From the NCBI GenBank assembly GCA_943788985.1, contig CALSSJ010000007.1:10268-74267 (forward strand): a stretch of DNA of 64,000 nucleotides. Direction: 5' to 3'. The stretch's first letter is position 1. Every line of letters starts with the position of its first letter. A program made the translations under genes and the position numbers. The stretch is from an uncultured Lentisphaerales bacterium. GTDB lineage: Bacteria; Verrucomicrobiota; Lentisphaeria; JABSQK01; UBA12247. Below the pieces are notes generated by a model. The model saw only the letters and a list, made by a program, of their open reading frames with translations. It did not search any database and was not told where the DNA came from. Positions 20,405 through 34,410 of the stretch are shown piece by piece.

Positions 20405-21151
20405 CTCAACTAGCTTCGCGGTCAGCGTCGGCGCGGCATAGTAGTCCAAGCGCCCCCAGATAGGACGCTCCCGCACACACTCCACCCGCAAGTGATCTCC
20501 CAGGCCCGTCCACGCCCTCGTAGCCTTGGCGGCCAGGACCACCGCCGTTATCGAGCCCTCCCCGTGCGCCGCCAATTGCTGCTCGAGACTCAAGCCCTCC
20601 AAGCCACGAGCCAGCTCTCCAGACACCCAGATGCCATCCAGGTCGACTGGCTCGCCAGCAGCCCACGCTCGGCGCAATTCCCGCTCACTTGTGCTGGCTT
20701 GACCGGCTCCTGCCATTTCCTTGATAAGCCTTCGACGGATCAACTCGCTCACCAATGCCCCGCCCTTAAGTAACGGGCTAATCAGGATCTTCCGCGCTGC
20801 CGGTAGCTCTAGCGCCAGATTGGCCCCTAAACGCAATCCCATCGCAACCTGTAAGTCTGCAGCGGACGAGCTGACCAACAGCTCCCACGCACGAGCTGCA
20901 TCCGCCTGCCAATCCGCCAATGAGATTTCTCGCAGGTCACCAAAACTATCGCCTGTTCCAGCAAGGTCGATGTGCAGCACATCACACCCATTGCGCGCCA
21001 AGGTTCGTGCCAAGTGGCAGAGATAGCGATGGGTCGACCTCCGCTCTTCGCCGAATGCCGGCAACAACAGGATTGCCCGCTTTGCCGACTCCGCCCGATA
21101 GAAGCTGGCATACAGATCGCCGTCCGCTAGATAGCCTCGCTCAACCTCCAC
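20384..21151 (-). CDS. Alpha/beta hydrolase (exosortase A-associated hydrolase 2-like)
   Basis: LLPAFGEE, IDLAGTGDSFGD, GLRLGA; GTG start at 21151 overlapping the upstream stop. Confidence 0.8.
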   Translation of the reverse strand: MEVERGYLADGDLYASFYRAESAKRAILLLPAFGEERRSTHRYLCHLARTLARNGCDVLHIDLAGTGDSFGDLREISLADWQADAARAWELLVSSSAADLQVAMGLRLGANLALELPAARKILISPLLKGGALVSELIRRRLIKEMAGAGQASTSERELRRAWAAGEPVDLDGIWVSGELARGLEGLSLEQQLAAHGEGSITAVVLAAKATRAWTGLGDHLRVECVRERPIWGRLDYYAAPTLTAKLVELLEEGA

Positions 21152-22056
21152 CGCACGCCCCCAGTAACCTCTGCGCATCTGCCCGGCTGGGAAGTGCATC
21201 GTCCGCCTCCCTGCTCGCCTTGACTGCCGCTGCTGCCGTCGCAAAACGCAAGGCTGCCCGAGTGTTCAGACCTTCCAACACAGCCACTGCGTAAGCGGCG
21301 TGGAACACGTCGCCGCATCCAGTAGTATCTCTTACCTCTGCTTGTATCGCACCAAGATGCTCGACGCGCTCCTGGCCACGATCCCAATACCAGCACCCGC
21401 TTGCGCCGTCCGTTACCGCGATCATCGCATGCTGCGAACTCCGCAACTCTCGAACCGCCTCTGCCGCGCTCCCCGCTCCGCTCCAGTCGCAGGCAAACTG
21501 CGCCGGCAGGATCAGATGATCAACCAGACCAATTAACTCCCCCAACTGCGATCCGACGCGGCGCTCGATATCGCCGAGAATGGGAACACCGGCGGCCTTC
21601 GCAATCTTCGCAGCGCGCACCATTCCGGGCACCCCAAAGTGATCCACCAGCAACATGCGCGAGCCTTGAATGATCTCTGCCGGTGGTTCGCCTAGCGCAG
21701 CCCCCCGTGCCTCCGGCACATCAGCCAGGATCGTTCGGGACCCCGTTACTGCATCCACCAGGATGACCGCGTGAACCGGTTGAGCCGTGGTCTCGCGTAG
21801 GGCGTGGGACACATCTACCCCCCCCCGCCACTAGTGAAGCGAGCACATAGGCTGAGCGGTCTGACCGGTCCAGCGCCCCCGCATACGCACAACGTAGCCC
21901 CATCCCTGCAGCGGTAAGAAGCGCGCGCCCCGCAAGCCCACCACAGACCCGCAAATGGCGAGTCATATAGGTCTTCGTGTCCGCAGCAGGGAAGTTCGGC
22001 AGGTAGGCAAGCTCGTCAACTGCTGTGGCACCGAGAGCGAGAAGGTCATATTTCAC
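21141..22056 (-). CDS. PfkB family carbohydrate kinase, frameshifted at a G9 tract (21818-21826)
   Basis: N-half (LGATAVD, CGGLAG) and C-half (VTDGASG, DTTGCGDVFH) lie in different frames that switch at the homopolymer. Confidence 0.85.
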
Positions 22057-22220
22057 TGCAAGAACCGACAGATTGATTGAATCAAAATTCAGCATTATAG
22101 TCCGCCGTGCAAAATGCACGGCGTTGCACCAAGTGGGCTTGTGGCTCAGGGGCTCGAATGCCCTAAGATCCACCACTCAATACCCAGCAGCCGGCTCCGA
22201 AATCGACGCATCGGCAGGGC

Positions 22221-22257
22221 AAAAAAAGGTCCCACGCCGTGGGGACAGCGTAGGACC
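22221..22257 (-). terminator. Rho-independent terminator of the rRNA operon
   Basis: Minus strand GGTCCTACGCTGT-CCCC-ACGGCGTGGGACC followed by T7, just downstream of 5S. Confidence 0.85.
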
Positions 22258-22274
22258 GGGGGGGAAAGAAAAAA

Positions 22275-22391
22275 GGCTGGCGACGTGCTACTCTCCCATG
22301 ACATTGCGTCATAGTACCATCGCCGCTGTGGAGCTTAACGACCGTGTTCGGGATGGGAACGGGTGTGGCCTCCACGCTATGATCACCAGCC
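22275..22391 (-). rRNA. rrf: 5S ribosomal RNA
   Basis: Conserved CCCGTTCCCATCCCGAACAC and GGGAGAGTAG on the minus strand; terminal helix; ends approximate. Confidence 0.95.
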
Positions 22392-22555
22392 AAAAACCTA
22401 CAATTGGGTGTCGGACGGGAGCTTTCGCCCTGTCTCGTCAACGAACACCCTACACTTCACAATTTCACAACATATTTGCCTATGAGTAAGGCACTTTCTA
22501 GTTTTATTATTCGGCGCACTACTTTTTCATAGTCGCAATGCGACGAAGAAAAAGG

Positions 22556-25442
<2,887 letters not shown>

Positions 25443-25518
25443 ACCAAAAAGTCTTCTTAGACCTTACAAATAGTCAAATTGCTATGAGATTGTTTTGTTA
25501 ATTGTAGGTTTTCTTTTC

Positions 25519-25530
25519 TTTCAAAGAACA
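25519..25530 (-). promoter_or_regulatory. boxA antiterminator in the 16S-23S spacer
   Basis: Minus strand TGTTCTTTGAAA, matching the leader copy. Confidence 0.75.
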
Positions 25531-25762
25531 CCACCGCTTGCCCACGTATGAACCAAGCGGAAAATTGTCAGCGTATCACGGCCATTGCGGCTGGCGATAC
25601 GGAACTGCCGAAGTCTAGCTTCAGCGGGTGTTCCTCAACAGCTGAGAAGTACGATATACAACTTGATGTCGTTGCCGACACCCACACCCAAAGATTGCTC
25701 CTTGGGGCTTGACCATCGAGGGGCTTTTCTGTGTGCAGAAAAACTGATCCTCGTGCTCCTTA

Positions 25763-27273
<1,511 letters not shown>

Positions 27274-27404
27274 AAAAGTATAGAACCAAGGCTGTTATAC
27301 CTTGATAACTTCGTTTGAAAAATTGAGTCTAGTGCATCGACCTACTGGCTGCAGGTCGATACGACTCATTTTGGTTATTGACGTTGTATATCGTACGTCT
27401 CATC

Positions 27405-27416
27405 TGTCAAAGAACA
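27405..27416 (-). promoter_or_regulatory. boxA antiterminator in the rRNA leader
   Basis: Minus strand TGTTCTTTGACA, ~130 nt upstream of 16S and adjacent to the 16S processing-stem arm. Confidence 0.75.
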
Positions 27417-27721
27417 CTGCCATTTTCGTCTGGCAAGCGTGTAAGATGCTCGTCATTTTTGAAGGCGCAAGCCGTTCTTCACCAGAAAGACAAATTTGGT
27501 CGCTTTTGGCTCAATTTAGCGTGTCATGATGCGGCGACGGCCTTCTGGATGCAGAGAGGCGAGGCGCCACAGTACCCAAGACGGCAATCGCCAGATTGCG
27601 CTGGTATTGGTCGCTGCATCAGACGAATGATTCAGGCTGATTCCAGCAATGCCGCTTGCCCCATCAGGAGGCGGGTTCTAGAGTTACTTTTTATCGCAGC
27701 CGATTCAGGTCCTCCTAGGAT

Positions 27722-29080
27722 ATGCCCCTCCCCCTCGCCATCTTCCTGCTGGTAGCTCTCACTGCGACTTCTCTAGTCCTCGGGCTGCTTTGCCTGCGCT
27801 TCACTCGGCGACTCGGTCAAGCCGAGCGAGCCACCGAGCGGGCGCTCAAAGCCTGGGGGGAAGTTTCTAAGGCAATCAGCGAAGCGGTTGAGGATAATGC
27901 GGATAGCGCGCTCTGTCGCTTGGCGCGAACAATATCCAAGAGCCTGAAGTCGCCACACGTGTTTGTCCTGCGCAAGTTGGACGACACCATCCAGGAGCTC
28001 TATCCAGCGCATCACAACCTCGACGAACTGAAGCCTTGCGAGCGATCATCCTGTTCGTTCTTCTGGTCCGAGCGTCCCTTGGTCTTTGATCGCCCGGCAT
28101 TCGAGGCCTGGCTACCATCGTTCAAACTGCCGGCAGATGACCTGCACGGGCTGTTCTGTCGGGTAGGCGACGGCGACGCACTGTGCTACCTGCTGGTGCT
28201 GCGGCCCAAGGGTGATCCCGCTTTCAGCAAGGCCGAGGCGGAGCGCATGCAGCGAATCCTGCGAATCGCCAATGTGCTCTTATTGATGCATGCTGGCCGC
28301 AAGCGAATTGCGGAGCTGGAGCAGCAGGTAGCGCAGGCGAGGGAGGAAGGTATGCTGGAGATTTCCACCGGCGTTATTCACAACGTAGCCAACGCGATTA
28401 CCCCCATTGCCCTAGCGCTACAGGGTGAGGGCGGAAAGGATTTGGAAGATTGCCTGGCGGGGATCGGCTACGTCAACGAGCAACTTGCGAACCCAGATGA
28501 CGACACGGGCCTAGACCCTTGCGCAGTCTTGGAGGAAACAGCGGCCGCACTAGAAAAGCACGCGGATTCCTGGACCTTCGCTGCCGATAAGATTCAAGAA
28601 GTGTCCGAACTCATTGCGCTACAACAACGTTACATTGGTGAGTTGGGTACCGAGGGCATCGTCAGCATTGACCAATTGGTCCAAGAGATTCAGCGTCTCT
28701 GCGTTCTTGCAGTCGAAAGCCACGGCCTAAGCCTGAAGATAGAGTCTGACGCGACGAAGGAGTTTCTGGGCGACGCGGCGGAGCTTCGCTTCATGATCCT
28801 GCGCATGATCAAAGTGGCAGTCGAGTCCTGCGACGCAGCAGGCTGCTCTGGGGACATCACGATTCGCGCGCGGGATTGTAATAGCGAAGACGCCGTCCAG
28901 ATCGAGATTGAGGACCAGGCACCCGGATACTACTTCAAGGAGAACGGGTCAGACTCACGGACGCGGGAGTATCTTACCAGCCAGCAGTCGCTGGTCAAGT
29001 ATGATGCCAAGCTGGAGGTACAGGGCGGCATTTCCGGCACGCGCGTGCGAATTACTCTGCCAGTGTATCAGGGAAAGTAG
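27722..29080 (+). CDS. Membrane sensor with GAF-like domain and degenerate histidine-kinase module
   Basis: N-terminal TM, GAF-like region (PAFSKAEAE), H-box TGVIHNVAN, HATPase-like end (IEIEDQAPG...GTRVRITLP). Confidence 0.7.
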   Translation: MPLPLAIFLLVALTATSLVLGLLCLRFTRRLGQAERATERALKAWGEVSKAISEAVEDNADSALCRLARTISKSLKSPHVFVLRKLDDTIQELYPAHHNLDELKPCERSSCSFFWSERPLVFDRPAFEAWLPSFKLPADDLHGLFCRVGDGDALCYLLVLRPKGDPAFSKAEAERMQRILRIANVLLLMHAGRKRIAELEQQVAQAREEGMLEISTGVIHNVANAITPIALALQGEGGKDLEDCLAGIGYVNEQLANPDDDTGLDPCAVLEETAAALEKHADSWTFAADKIQEVSELIALQQRYIGELGTEGIVSIDQLVQEIQRLCVLAVESHGLSLKIESDATKEFLGDAAELRFMILRMIKVAVESCDAAGCSGDITIRARDCNSEDAVQIEIEDQAPGYYFKENGSDSRTREYLTSQQSLVKYDAKLEVQGGISGTRVRITLPVYQGK

Positions 29081-29245
29081 AAAAAGTAGACGTGTATGCA
29101 ACTTGGGTAAAGCATCAGGCTCTTGGAACTCGCGCAACTTGGCGCAAGCTACAGTCAGATGCTTTGCGTTCTTTCGCAGCCATGCCGCCAACGCGACTGG
29201 GATCTAACTAGGCGCTTGCCTGGTGCTGTGCTCAACCACGGAAAC

Positions 29246-29280
29246 GACGATTGATGGACGCTGACCGCCCATCAATCGCC
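29246..29280 (-). terminator. Hairpin terminator between convergent genes
   Basis: Inverted repeat CGATTGATGG / CCATCAATCG about 20 nt after the stop of the EF-hand gene. Confidence 0.65.
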
Positions 29281-29299
29281 TTTGGCTTTTAGCGTTCGC

Positions 29300-29770
29300 T
29301 CAGTTTTTGCCGCGCTCGCGCTTAAATCCGCGGCGTTTTTCAGCCATGGCCCCGAGCTCCTCAGCATCAATTGCACCATCGCCATTGGCGTCGATCTTAT
29401 CAAGATGGTCCTGCATCATTCCGGGGATTTCATCGCCCTTCAAGACACCGTCGCCATCCGCGTCTTTGGCCATCATGCGTTCCACCATCTCTTCAGGTGA
29501 AGGGGGCTTCGGGCGTAGCTCTTCGCGGCTCAGAGCGCCGTCTCCATCCCTGTCCAAGGTCAGCAGCGCAGCAGATGCGTTCGCGATCTCAACTGCGGAC
29601 ACCGAGCCATCCTTGTCGGCATCCAGTGCAGCTACCATCGGGCTTCCGCCTCCTCGGGGGCCGTGCATCCCACGCTTGCCTTTGTCTTTGCGCTTGCCTT
29701 CGTCCTTGGCACTGGCACCGCAGGCCAGCAGAAATGCGATCAATGCGAGAAATGTGAGTGACGTACGCAT
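29300..29770 (-). CDS. Secreted EF-hand Ca-binding protein
   Basis: AAGGAG SD, signal peptide, four EF-hand loops ([36 protein letters not shown]). Confidence 0.88.
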   Translation of the reverse strand: MRTSLTFLALIAFLLACGASAKDEGKRKDKGKRGMHGPRGGGSPMVAALDADKDGSVSAVEIANASAALLTLDRDGDGALSREELRPKPPSPEEMVERMMAKDADGDGVLKGDEIPGMMQDHLDKIDANGDGAIDAEELGAMAEKRRGFKRERGKN

Positions 29771-29833
29771 AATGGCAGTCTCCTTGTTGGGTGGTTGTTC
29801 AAACCGGTATACGTAGCTCAAGGCCATTTCGTA

Positions 29834-30397
29834 TCAGGCTCGTCCTAGGAACTTGGCAGTGCGGGTGTCCACCTTGATCACCTCTCCCGCTGCCAGGTAC
29901 TCCGGAACCTGTACGATCAGGCCAGTCTGCAAGGTCGCTGGCTTGGTCCGTGCTGTTGCGGATGCCCCCTTCATGGCTGGCGTAGTCTCTGTCACCTGCA
30001 GGTCAATGGTGTCTGGCAGCTCCAGCCCACGTACGGCCCCGTCAATTACCAGTGCGTTCAGTTCCATATCTTCAAGCAGGTAGTTCAGCTCCTCCTCCAG
30101 CGTATCTTCAGGCATCTGAAAGTCGCTGTAGTCTTCTAGGTCTAGGAAGAAGCACGTTCCCTGCTTCCGATACATGTACTGAACCGGCCGCTTGTCGACC
30201 TCGACCTCTTCGAACGACTGGTCTCCCTTGCAGCTCTCACTCCGGTTCTGCCCGGAGAGCAGATTCCTCGCCCGGAACTTGTACAGCATGGTACCGCCGC
30301 GCGCCGACGGCGAATGCGCGGTGATCTGCTGAATGACATGCGGCTGCCCAGCGAGCGTGATCGCGTCGCCCTTTTGAAGTTGGCTTGCTTGTTTCAT
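29834..30397 (-). CDS. yeiP: Elongation factor P-like protein (EfpL/YeiP type)
   Basis: EF-P fold motifs (QYMY, KPATLQTGLIVQVP, IKVDTR) with loop SPSARGG instead of PGKG. Confidence 0.85.
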   Translation of the reverse strand: MKQASQLQKGDAITLAGQPHVIQQITAHSPSARGGTMLYKFRARNLLSGQNRSESCKGDQSFEEVEVDKRPVQYMYRKQGTCFFLDLEDYSDFQMPEDTLEEELNYLLEDMELNALVIDGAVRGLELPDTIDLQVTETTPAMKGASATARTKPATLQTGLIVQVPEYLAAGEVIKVDTRTAKFLGRA

Positions 30398-30867
30398 TGT
30401 ATGTCTCCCTGTTCATCCCATTCACAAATACAGCCTATCGGCATCCAGAAGGAGTCGCCTTCTGCAGCGACATCCACCCATAAACCATCATCATAGGTCG
30501 CTAGATAGTGCTCATCCTCACCATAATTATTCGGCTGCCCATCCATCCAACCGGTAAACTCCCAGGCGGCCCCGTTGATCCAGCGCCAGTTGTCCTCTCG
30601 TTCTTCATCCGACGCCCCCAACGACAAGTAACGGCCCGCGGCGAGCTCCGCAATAAATGACTGCTCCCCGGCACTTTCGATCACCGCCAGGTATCCGCCC
30701 AGACTTTTGCAGTGCGCCCTCTTCTGATGCCACGAACCAGCCATTTCAAATACCTTGTAGCGATGGCCCCCATGCTCCACACTTCCTTGCAGCGCCTCGG
30801 CGTCTGGCCGCTTCAGAGTGGTGCAACCGCAGGCCAACAAGGCCACAACAACAAGCCAGCGCATCAC
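30394..30867 (-). CDS. C-type lectin domain lipoprotein
   Basis: Lipobox LLACGC, CKSLGGYLAVIES, WRWING, W..GQPNN, WVD, ICEWD. Confidence 0.85.
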   Translation of the reverse strand: MMRWLVVVALLACGCTTLKRPDAEALQGSVEHGGHRYKVFEMAGSWHQKRAHCKSLGGYLAVIESAGEQSFIAELAAGRYLSLGASDEEREDNWRWINGAAWEFTGWMDGQPNNYGEDEHYLATYDDGLWVDVAAEGDSFWMPIGCICEWDEQGDIQ

Positions 30868-31994
30868 CCCACCTCCTTCATTGCTGCCACCATCCGCGCC
30901 AGAGCCTGCTCCAGCAGCGCCTTGCGACAGCCGAAATTCAGTCGCACAAAGCCTGGTTGGCCGAAATCCTTCCCGTCCGACAAGCCTACGCCCGCCCGCT
31001 CAAAAAACGCATGCGGATACTCCATGCCTGCGCCCCGGCAGTCCAGCCAGGCCAAATATGTGGCTTCGCCCGGCAGATAGCGGACACCCGGCATTGCGGA
31101 CACCGCATCCACCACCAGCTGCCGATTCACTCGCAAGTATGCCAACAACGCCTGCCGCCACTCCTCGCAGTCTCGATAGGCCACCTCACAGGCGACAAAT
31201 CCCGGCGCACTTACTTCCGCCAGCAGGCCACGGCCAGACCGCACGAACTTTCGCCGCAGCGCCCGGTTCGGGATCACAGCGAAGGCGCAGCACAGCCCCG
31301 GCACGTTGTAGGTCTTGCTGGGCGCCATCAGCGTGATCGTACGATCTGCGATCTCCGCAGAGAGCGAGGCGATCGGCAGATGTTGCACGTCATCCAGGAG
31401 CAAATCACAGTGAATCTCATCGGAGCACAGCAACAGATCCCGCTCCAGGCACAACTCGGCGACCTGCTCCAGCTCAGGACGGGTAAATACCCGGCCCGTC
31501 GGGTTCTGGGGATTGCAGAACATGAAGGCGCTGCAAGCCTCGCGAATCTCGGACAGATCCAACGCGTAGCGCCCCTCCTCGATCGCAAGCGGATTCCGCA
31601 CCAGCGTCCGGCCAGCATTTCCTGGGGCCGTAAGAAAGGGCGGATAGATCGGTACATTCGAGATTGCTCCTGAGTTCAGCTCGCCACTGATTCGCGTGAC
31701 CACATTCAGCGCCGGAACCAGCCCGGGAAGCCAAACCAGAGCGTCCCCATCGATCTCCCACGCATAGCGCTCCTTAAGCGCGGCCACCATGACATCACGC
31801 AGCCCAGATGTCGCCACGCAGTAGCCCGGGACCCCGTCCAAAGCCCAGCGCTCCAGTGCGCTCACGATCTGTGGCGGAGGCTGAAAGTCCATATCGGCAA
31901 CCCACAAAGGCAGGATATCCCGCCCCTGGTACTTCGCCCACTTCAGGCTGCCCGTGTGCTGCCGCGACGGCGCGCGGTCGAACCATTCGGTCAC
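30864..31994 (-). CDS. PatB/MalY family PLP-dependent C-S lyase
   Basis: SLKW, PLWVADMDF, CNPQNPTGRV, SDEIHCD, APSKTYNVPGL, RLNFGC; start placed at GTG 31994. Confidence 0.92.
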   Translation of the reverse strand: MTEWFDRAPSRQHTGSLKWAKYQGRDILPLWVADMDFQPPPQIVSALERWALDGVPGYCVATSGLRDVMVAALKERYAWEIDGDALVWLPGLVPALNVVTRISGELNSGAISNVPIYPPFLTAPGNAGRTLVRNPLAIEEGRYALDLSEIREACSAFMFCNPQNPTGRVFTRPELEQVAELCLERDLLLCSDEIHCDLLLDDVQHLPIASLSAEIADRTITLMAPSKTYNVPGLCCAFAVIPNRALRRKFVRSGRGLLAEVSAPGFVACEVAYRDCEEWRQALLAYLRVNRQLVVDAVSAMPGVRYLPGEATYLAWLDCRGAGMEYPHAFFERAGVGLSDGKDFGQPGFVRLNFGCRKALLEQALARMVAAMKEVG

Positions 31995-31995
31995 G

Positions 31996-33369
31996 TTATT
32001 CGCCCCAAAACTTCTGGCCCCAGCTCGAGTCACGGTCACCCGTGCTCACCGAAAGGGCTTCCATCCGTTCGCTTAGTTCGCTGCGCAGCGCAGCATGGTC
32101 TGCGGACTCCGCAAGATTCTCACACTCCCAGGGATCCGCCTCGAGGTCAAACAGCTGCACCGTCTCGTTTCCATCCACCCGACAGCGAATCAGCTTGTGT
32201 TGCGGAGTTCGCACCGCCCGGTGCAGCTGCGTATACGCCAGATACACCTCTTCCCGCAGAGGCTCGTTGCGAAACAGCGACTTCCCCTCCACACTCTCCG
32301 GAACCGGCAGCCCCGCCAAGTCACACAGCGACCCGAAGATCTGGTAGAGAAAGGCAAAGTCATCACGTGTTTCCCCCTCGGGAACTCCCGGGCCCGCAAA
32401 AATAAGCGGCACACGCACGGAGTGATCGTACAGATTCTGCTTCCCCAGCAGACCATGCTGCCCGACAGCCAAGCCGTTGTCCCCAGCGAACACAATGATC
32501 GTACTGTCAGCCTTTCCCGTTGCTTCCAGCGCCTCCAAGACCTTACCGACACGCGCATCCAGGTGCGTGATCATCGCGTAGTAGTCCGCCAAGTGCTCGC
32601 GCATCTCCTGTTCCTTGCGCGGATACTGGGCCAGAACCTCGTCGCGAATCTGATGAACTCCTAGATCAAACGGATGCACCTGCCAGAAGTTATCAGGCAG
32701 CGTCAGCGCATTTTCGTCGTACATGTCCCGGTACTGCTGCGGCATGCTCCGCGGATCGTGGGGGGCCAGGTAGGAAACATAGGCAAAGAACGGATCCTCG
32801 CTGTCGTATCCTTCCAGCCAGTCGGACACCGCGCCGGACAGCAGGTCCGTGGAGTGGGTACCGCCGTTGATATGATCGCAGCCACGATGCGCAACTTCCT
32901 TAGTCTTGAACGGGTCGACAATCAACGGGCAGGTCCCGTCGAAAGCACCAGTCGGGTCGTAGTCATACGCGGGCACGTTCCAGTGATCCGCCATGCCGCC
33001 AAAGAAGATCTCTCCCCCATCGCTGAAACTGCGCGAGTAGGAATTCTTGCCATTGTGCCATTTACCGGTCCCAAACGTCTGGTAGCCGTGTGCGCGCAAG
33101 TGTTCGCCCAGCGTCGTATGCTCCTGCGGGATGTGACTCCCACCGTCTGCGAGACGGAACAGCGAGCGACCGGAGTGCAGCATTGCACGGCTAGGCATAC
33201 ACACCGCGCCAGACGTCCCCCCGGGAATGTGCGCATGCGAGAAATGAGTGCCGCGAGCGAGCAGGGCATCCAAGTTCGGCGTCTTGATATCTGGATGACC
33301 GGCCGCAGCAATCGTATCGAAACGCTGGTCATCGGTGAAGAAAAACAGAATATTGGGGCGATCCGGCAT
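31996..33369 (-). CDS. Sulfatase (formylglycine-dependent)
   Basis: PNILFFFTDDQR, CMPSRA (CxPxR), GKWH, APHDP, DNG, GKQNLY; GGAGG before ATG 33369. Confidence 0.93.
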   Translation of the reverse strand: MPDRPNILFFFTDDQRFDTIAAAGHPDIKTPNLDALLARGTHFSHAHIPGGTSGAVCMPSRAMLHSGRSLFRLADGGSHIPQEHTTLGEHLRAHGYQTFGTGKWHNGKNSYSRSFSDGGEIFFGGMADHWNVPAYDYDPTGAFDGTCPLIVDPFKTKEVAHRGCDHINGGTHSTDLLSGAVSDWLEGYDSEDPFFAYVSYLAPHDPRSMPQQYRDMYDENALTLPDNFWQVHPFDLGVHQIRDEVLAQYPRKEQEMREHLADYYAMITHLDARVGKVLEALEATGKADSTIIVFAGDNGLAVGQHGLLGKQNLYDHSVRVPLIFAGPGVPEGETRDDFAFLYQIFGSLCDLAGLPVPESVEGKSLFRNEPLREEVYLAYTQLHRAVRTPQHKLIRCRVDGNETVQLFDLEADPWECENLAESADHAALRSELSERMEALSVSTGDRDSSWGQKFWGE

Positions 33370-33505
33370 ATGGCCTCCAGAGTTTTCTCTCGCAGGAAGC
33401 CCATACCATCGCGCGTTCTTAAGGAAAAGAAATCTGCGAACTCCGCAAACGCTCGACTTTGCGGTATCGTATGACCGAAACCCATCCCCTCCCGGAGCTC
33501 GATCC

Positions 33506-34237
33506 ATGACTCGCTTCCTCTTCCTGCTCGCTGCCATCTTCGTTGCCACCCCCTTCGTACTCGCAGATCGCGAGGATCGTAACGAGCACCGAGACCGCGG
33601 CCAGCGCGATTGGCATGACGAAGAGGAGCGAGAGGATGACATGGAGCGCTGGGGGGATGAAGACGAAGAGTGGGACGGGGACGACCTCTTCGAGCTCTTG
33701 GAGCAAGATCCAGCCCAAGCGATTGTGCAAATGGGCGCCTCAGCCGGGCTAAAGCCCGAGCAGGTACGCGCCTTGCTCGCCGATGCGATGCCACATCTGG
33801 TCAAGCAACTCGAGAAAGAACTGCGCAAGAACCCAGAGGAGGCCTTTGAGCTCCTCGAAGAGCTCGAGCGACTGTTCCATGAGTTCCAAGAACTGCGTGA
33901 AGTAGATCCAGAACTGGCGAATCGCCGCGCCGAGTATCACCGCCTGAAATACATGGCGCGCGGCATGGGGGCGCACGTCGAGCGTCTACGACGCCAGGCC
34001 CGACGAAATGCGTCGCCGCAAGTCAAGGAGGCAGCCGCCCACCACGAAGCACAACTCCGCAAGATGCTGAATCGTCTCTTTGAGCTTCGCCAGGAGCACA
34101 CCACCTATGAAGTACAGGACCTTGAGGCAGAGATCGAGGAGCTGAAGGAGCTCAAGCAAGAGCGCACCGAAAACCGCGAGGCCATTCTCGAGGGCCAGTT
34201 CCGCAAGCTCACGAGACGCAGCACGGATGACTGGTAG
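33506..34237 (+). CDS. Secreted acidic helical hypothetical protein
   Basis: Signal peptide from ATG 33506, Asp/Glu-rich segment, long coiled coil. Confidence 0.75.
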   Translation: MTRFLFLLAAIFVATPFVLADREDRNEHRDRGQRDWHDEEEREDDMERWGDEDEEWDGDDLFELLEQDPAQAIVQMGASAGLKPEQVRALLADAMPHLVKQLEKELRKNPEEAFELLEELERLFHEFQELREVDPELANRRAEYHRLKYMARGMGAHVERLRRQARRNASPQVKEAAAHHEAQLRKMLNRLFELRQEHTTYEVQDLEAEIEELKELKQERTENREAILEGQFRKLTRRSTDDW

Positions 34238-34410
34238 CGTGGAGTGTGATGGGGCAAGGTGGCCACTCTCTTGCGCGGAGGGCTTACTAGAGGCAGAGGC
34301 AGAGGCAGAGGCGGCCGGGTAAAAACCTCCGGAACCTGCGTCTGGTTGCAACCACCGTGCTGACAACTACCGTACCGGCTTTTCAAATCTTGATATCCTA
34401 GTTGAAAGCG

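Noticed and set aside
27440..27472. rRNA promoter (TTGCGC ... CATCTT on the minus strand)
   Set aside because: The match to the sigma70 consensus is too weak to call from sequence alone.
30657..33794. Long antisense ORFs (e.g. 30657..31673, 32674..33474)
   Set aside because: They are shadows of real opposite-strand genes in GC-rich DNA, with no recognisable motifs.
31996..33828. 610-aa sulfatase ORF and other long N-terminal extensions (5426, 13043, 17913, 51190, 33335)
   Set aside because: The extensions overlap neighbouring or opposite-strand genes. Internal starts with SD sequences or ATGA coupling match the family N-termini.
34289..34312. (AGAGGC)4 microsatellite, and (TGCCC)n near 63311-63341
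   Set aside because: Short intergenic low-complexity runs with no supporting evidence of function.
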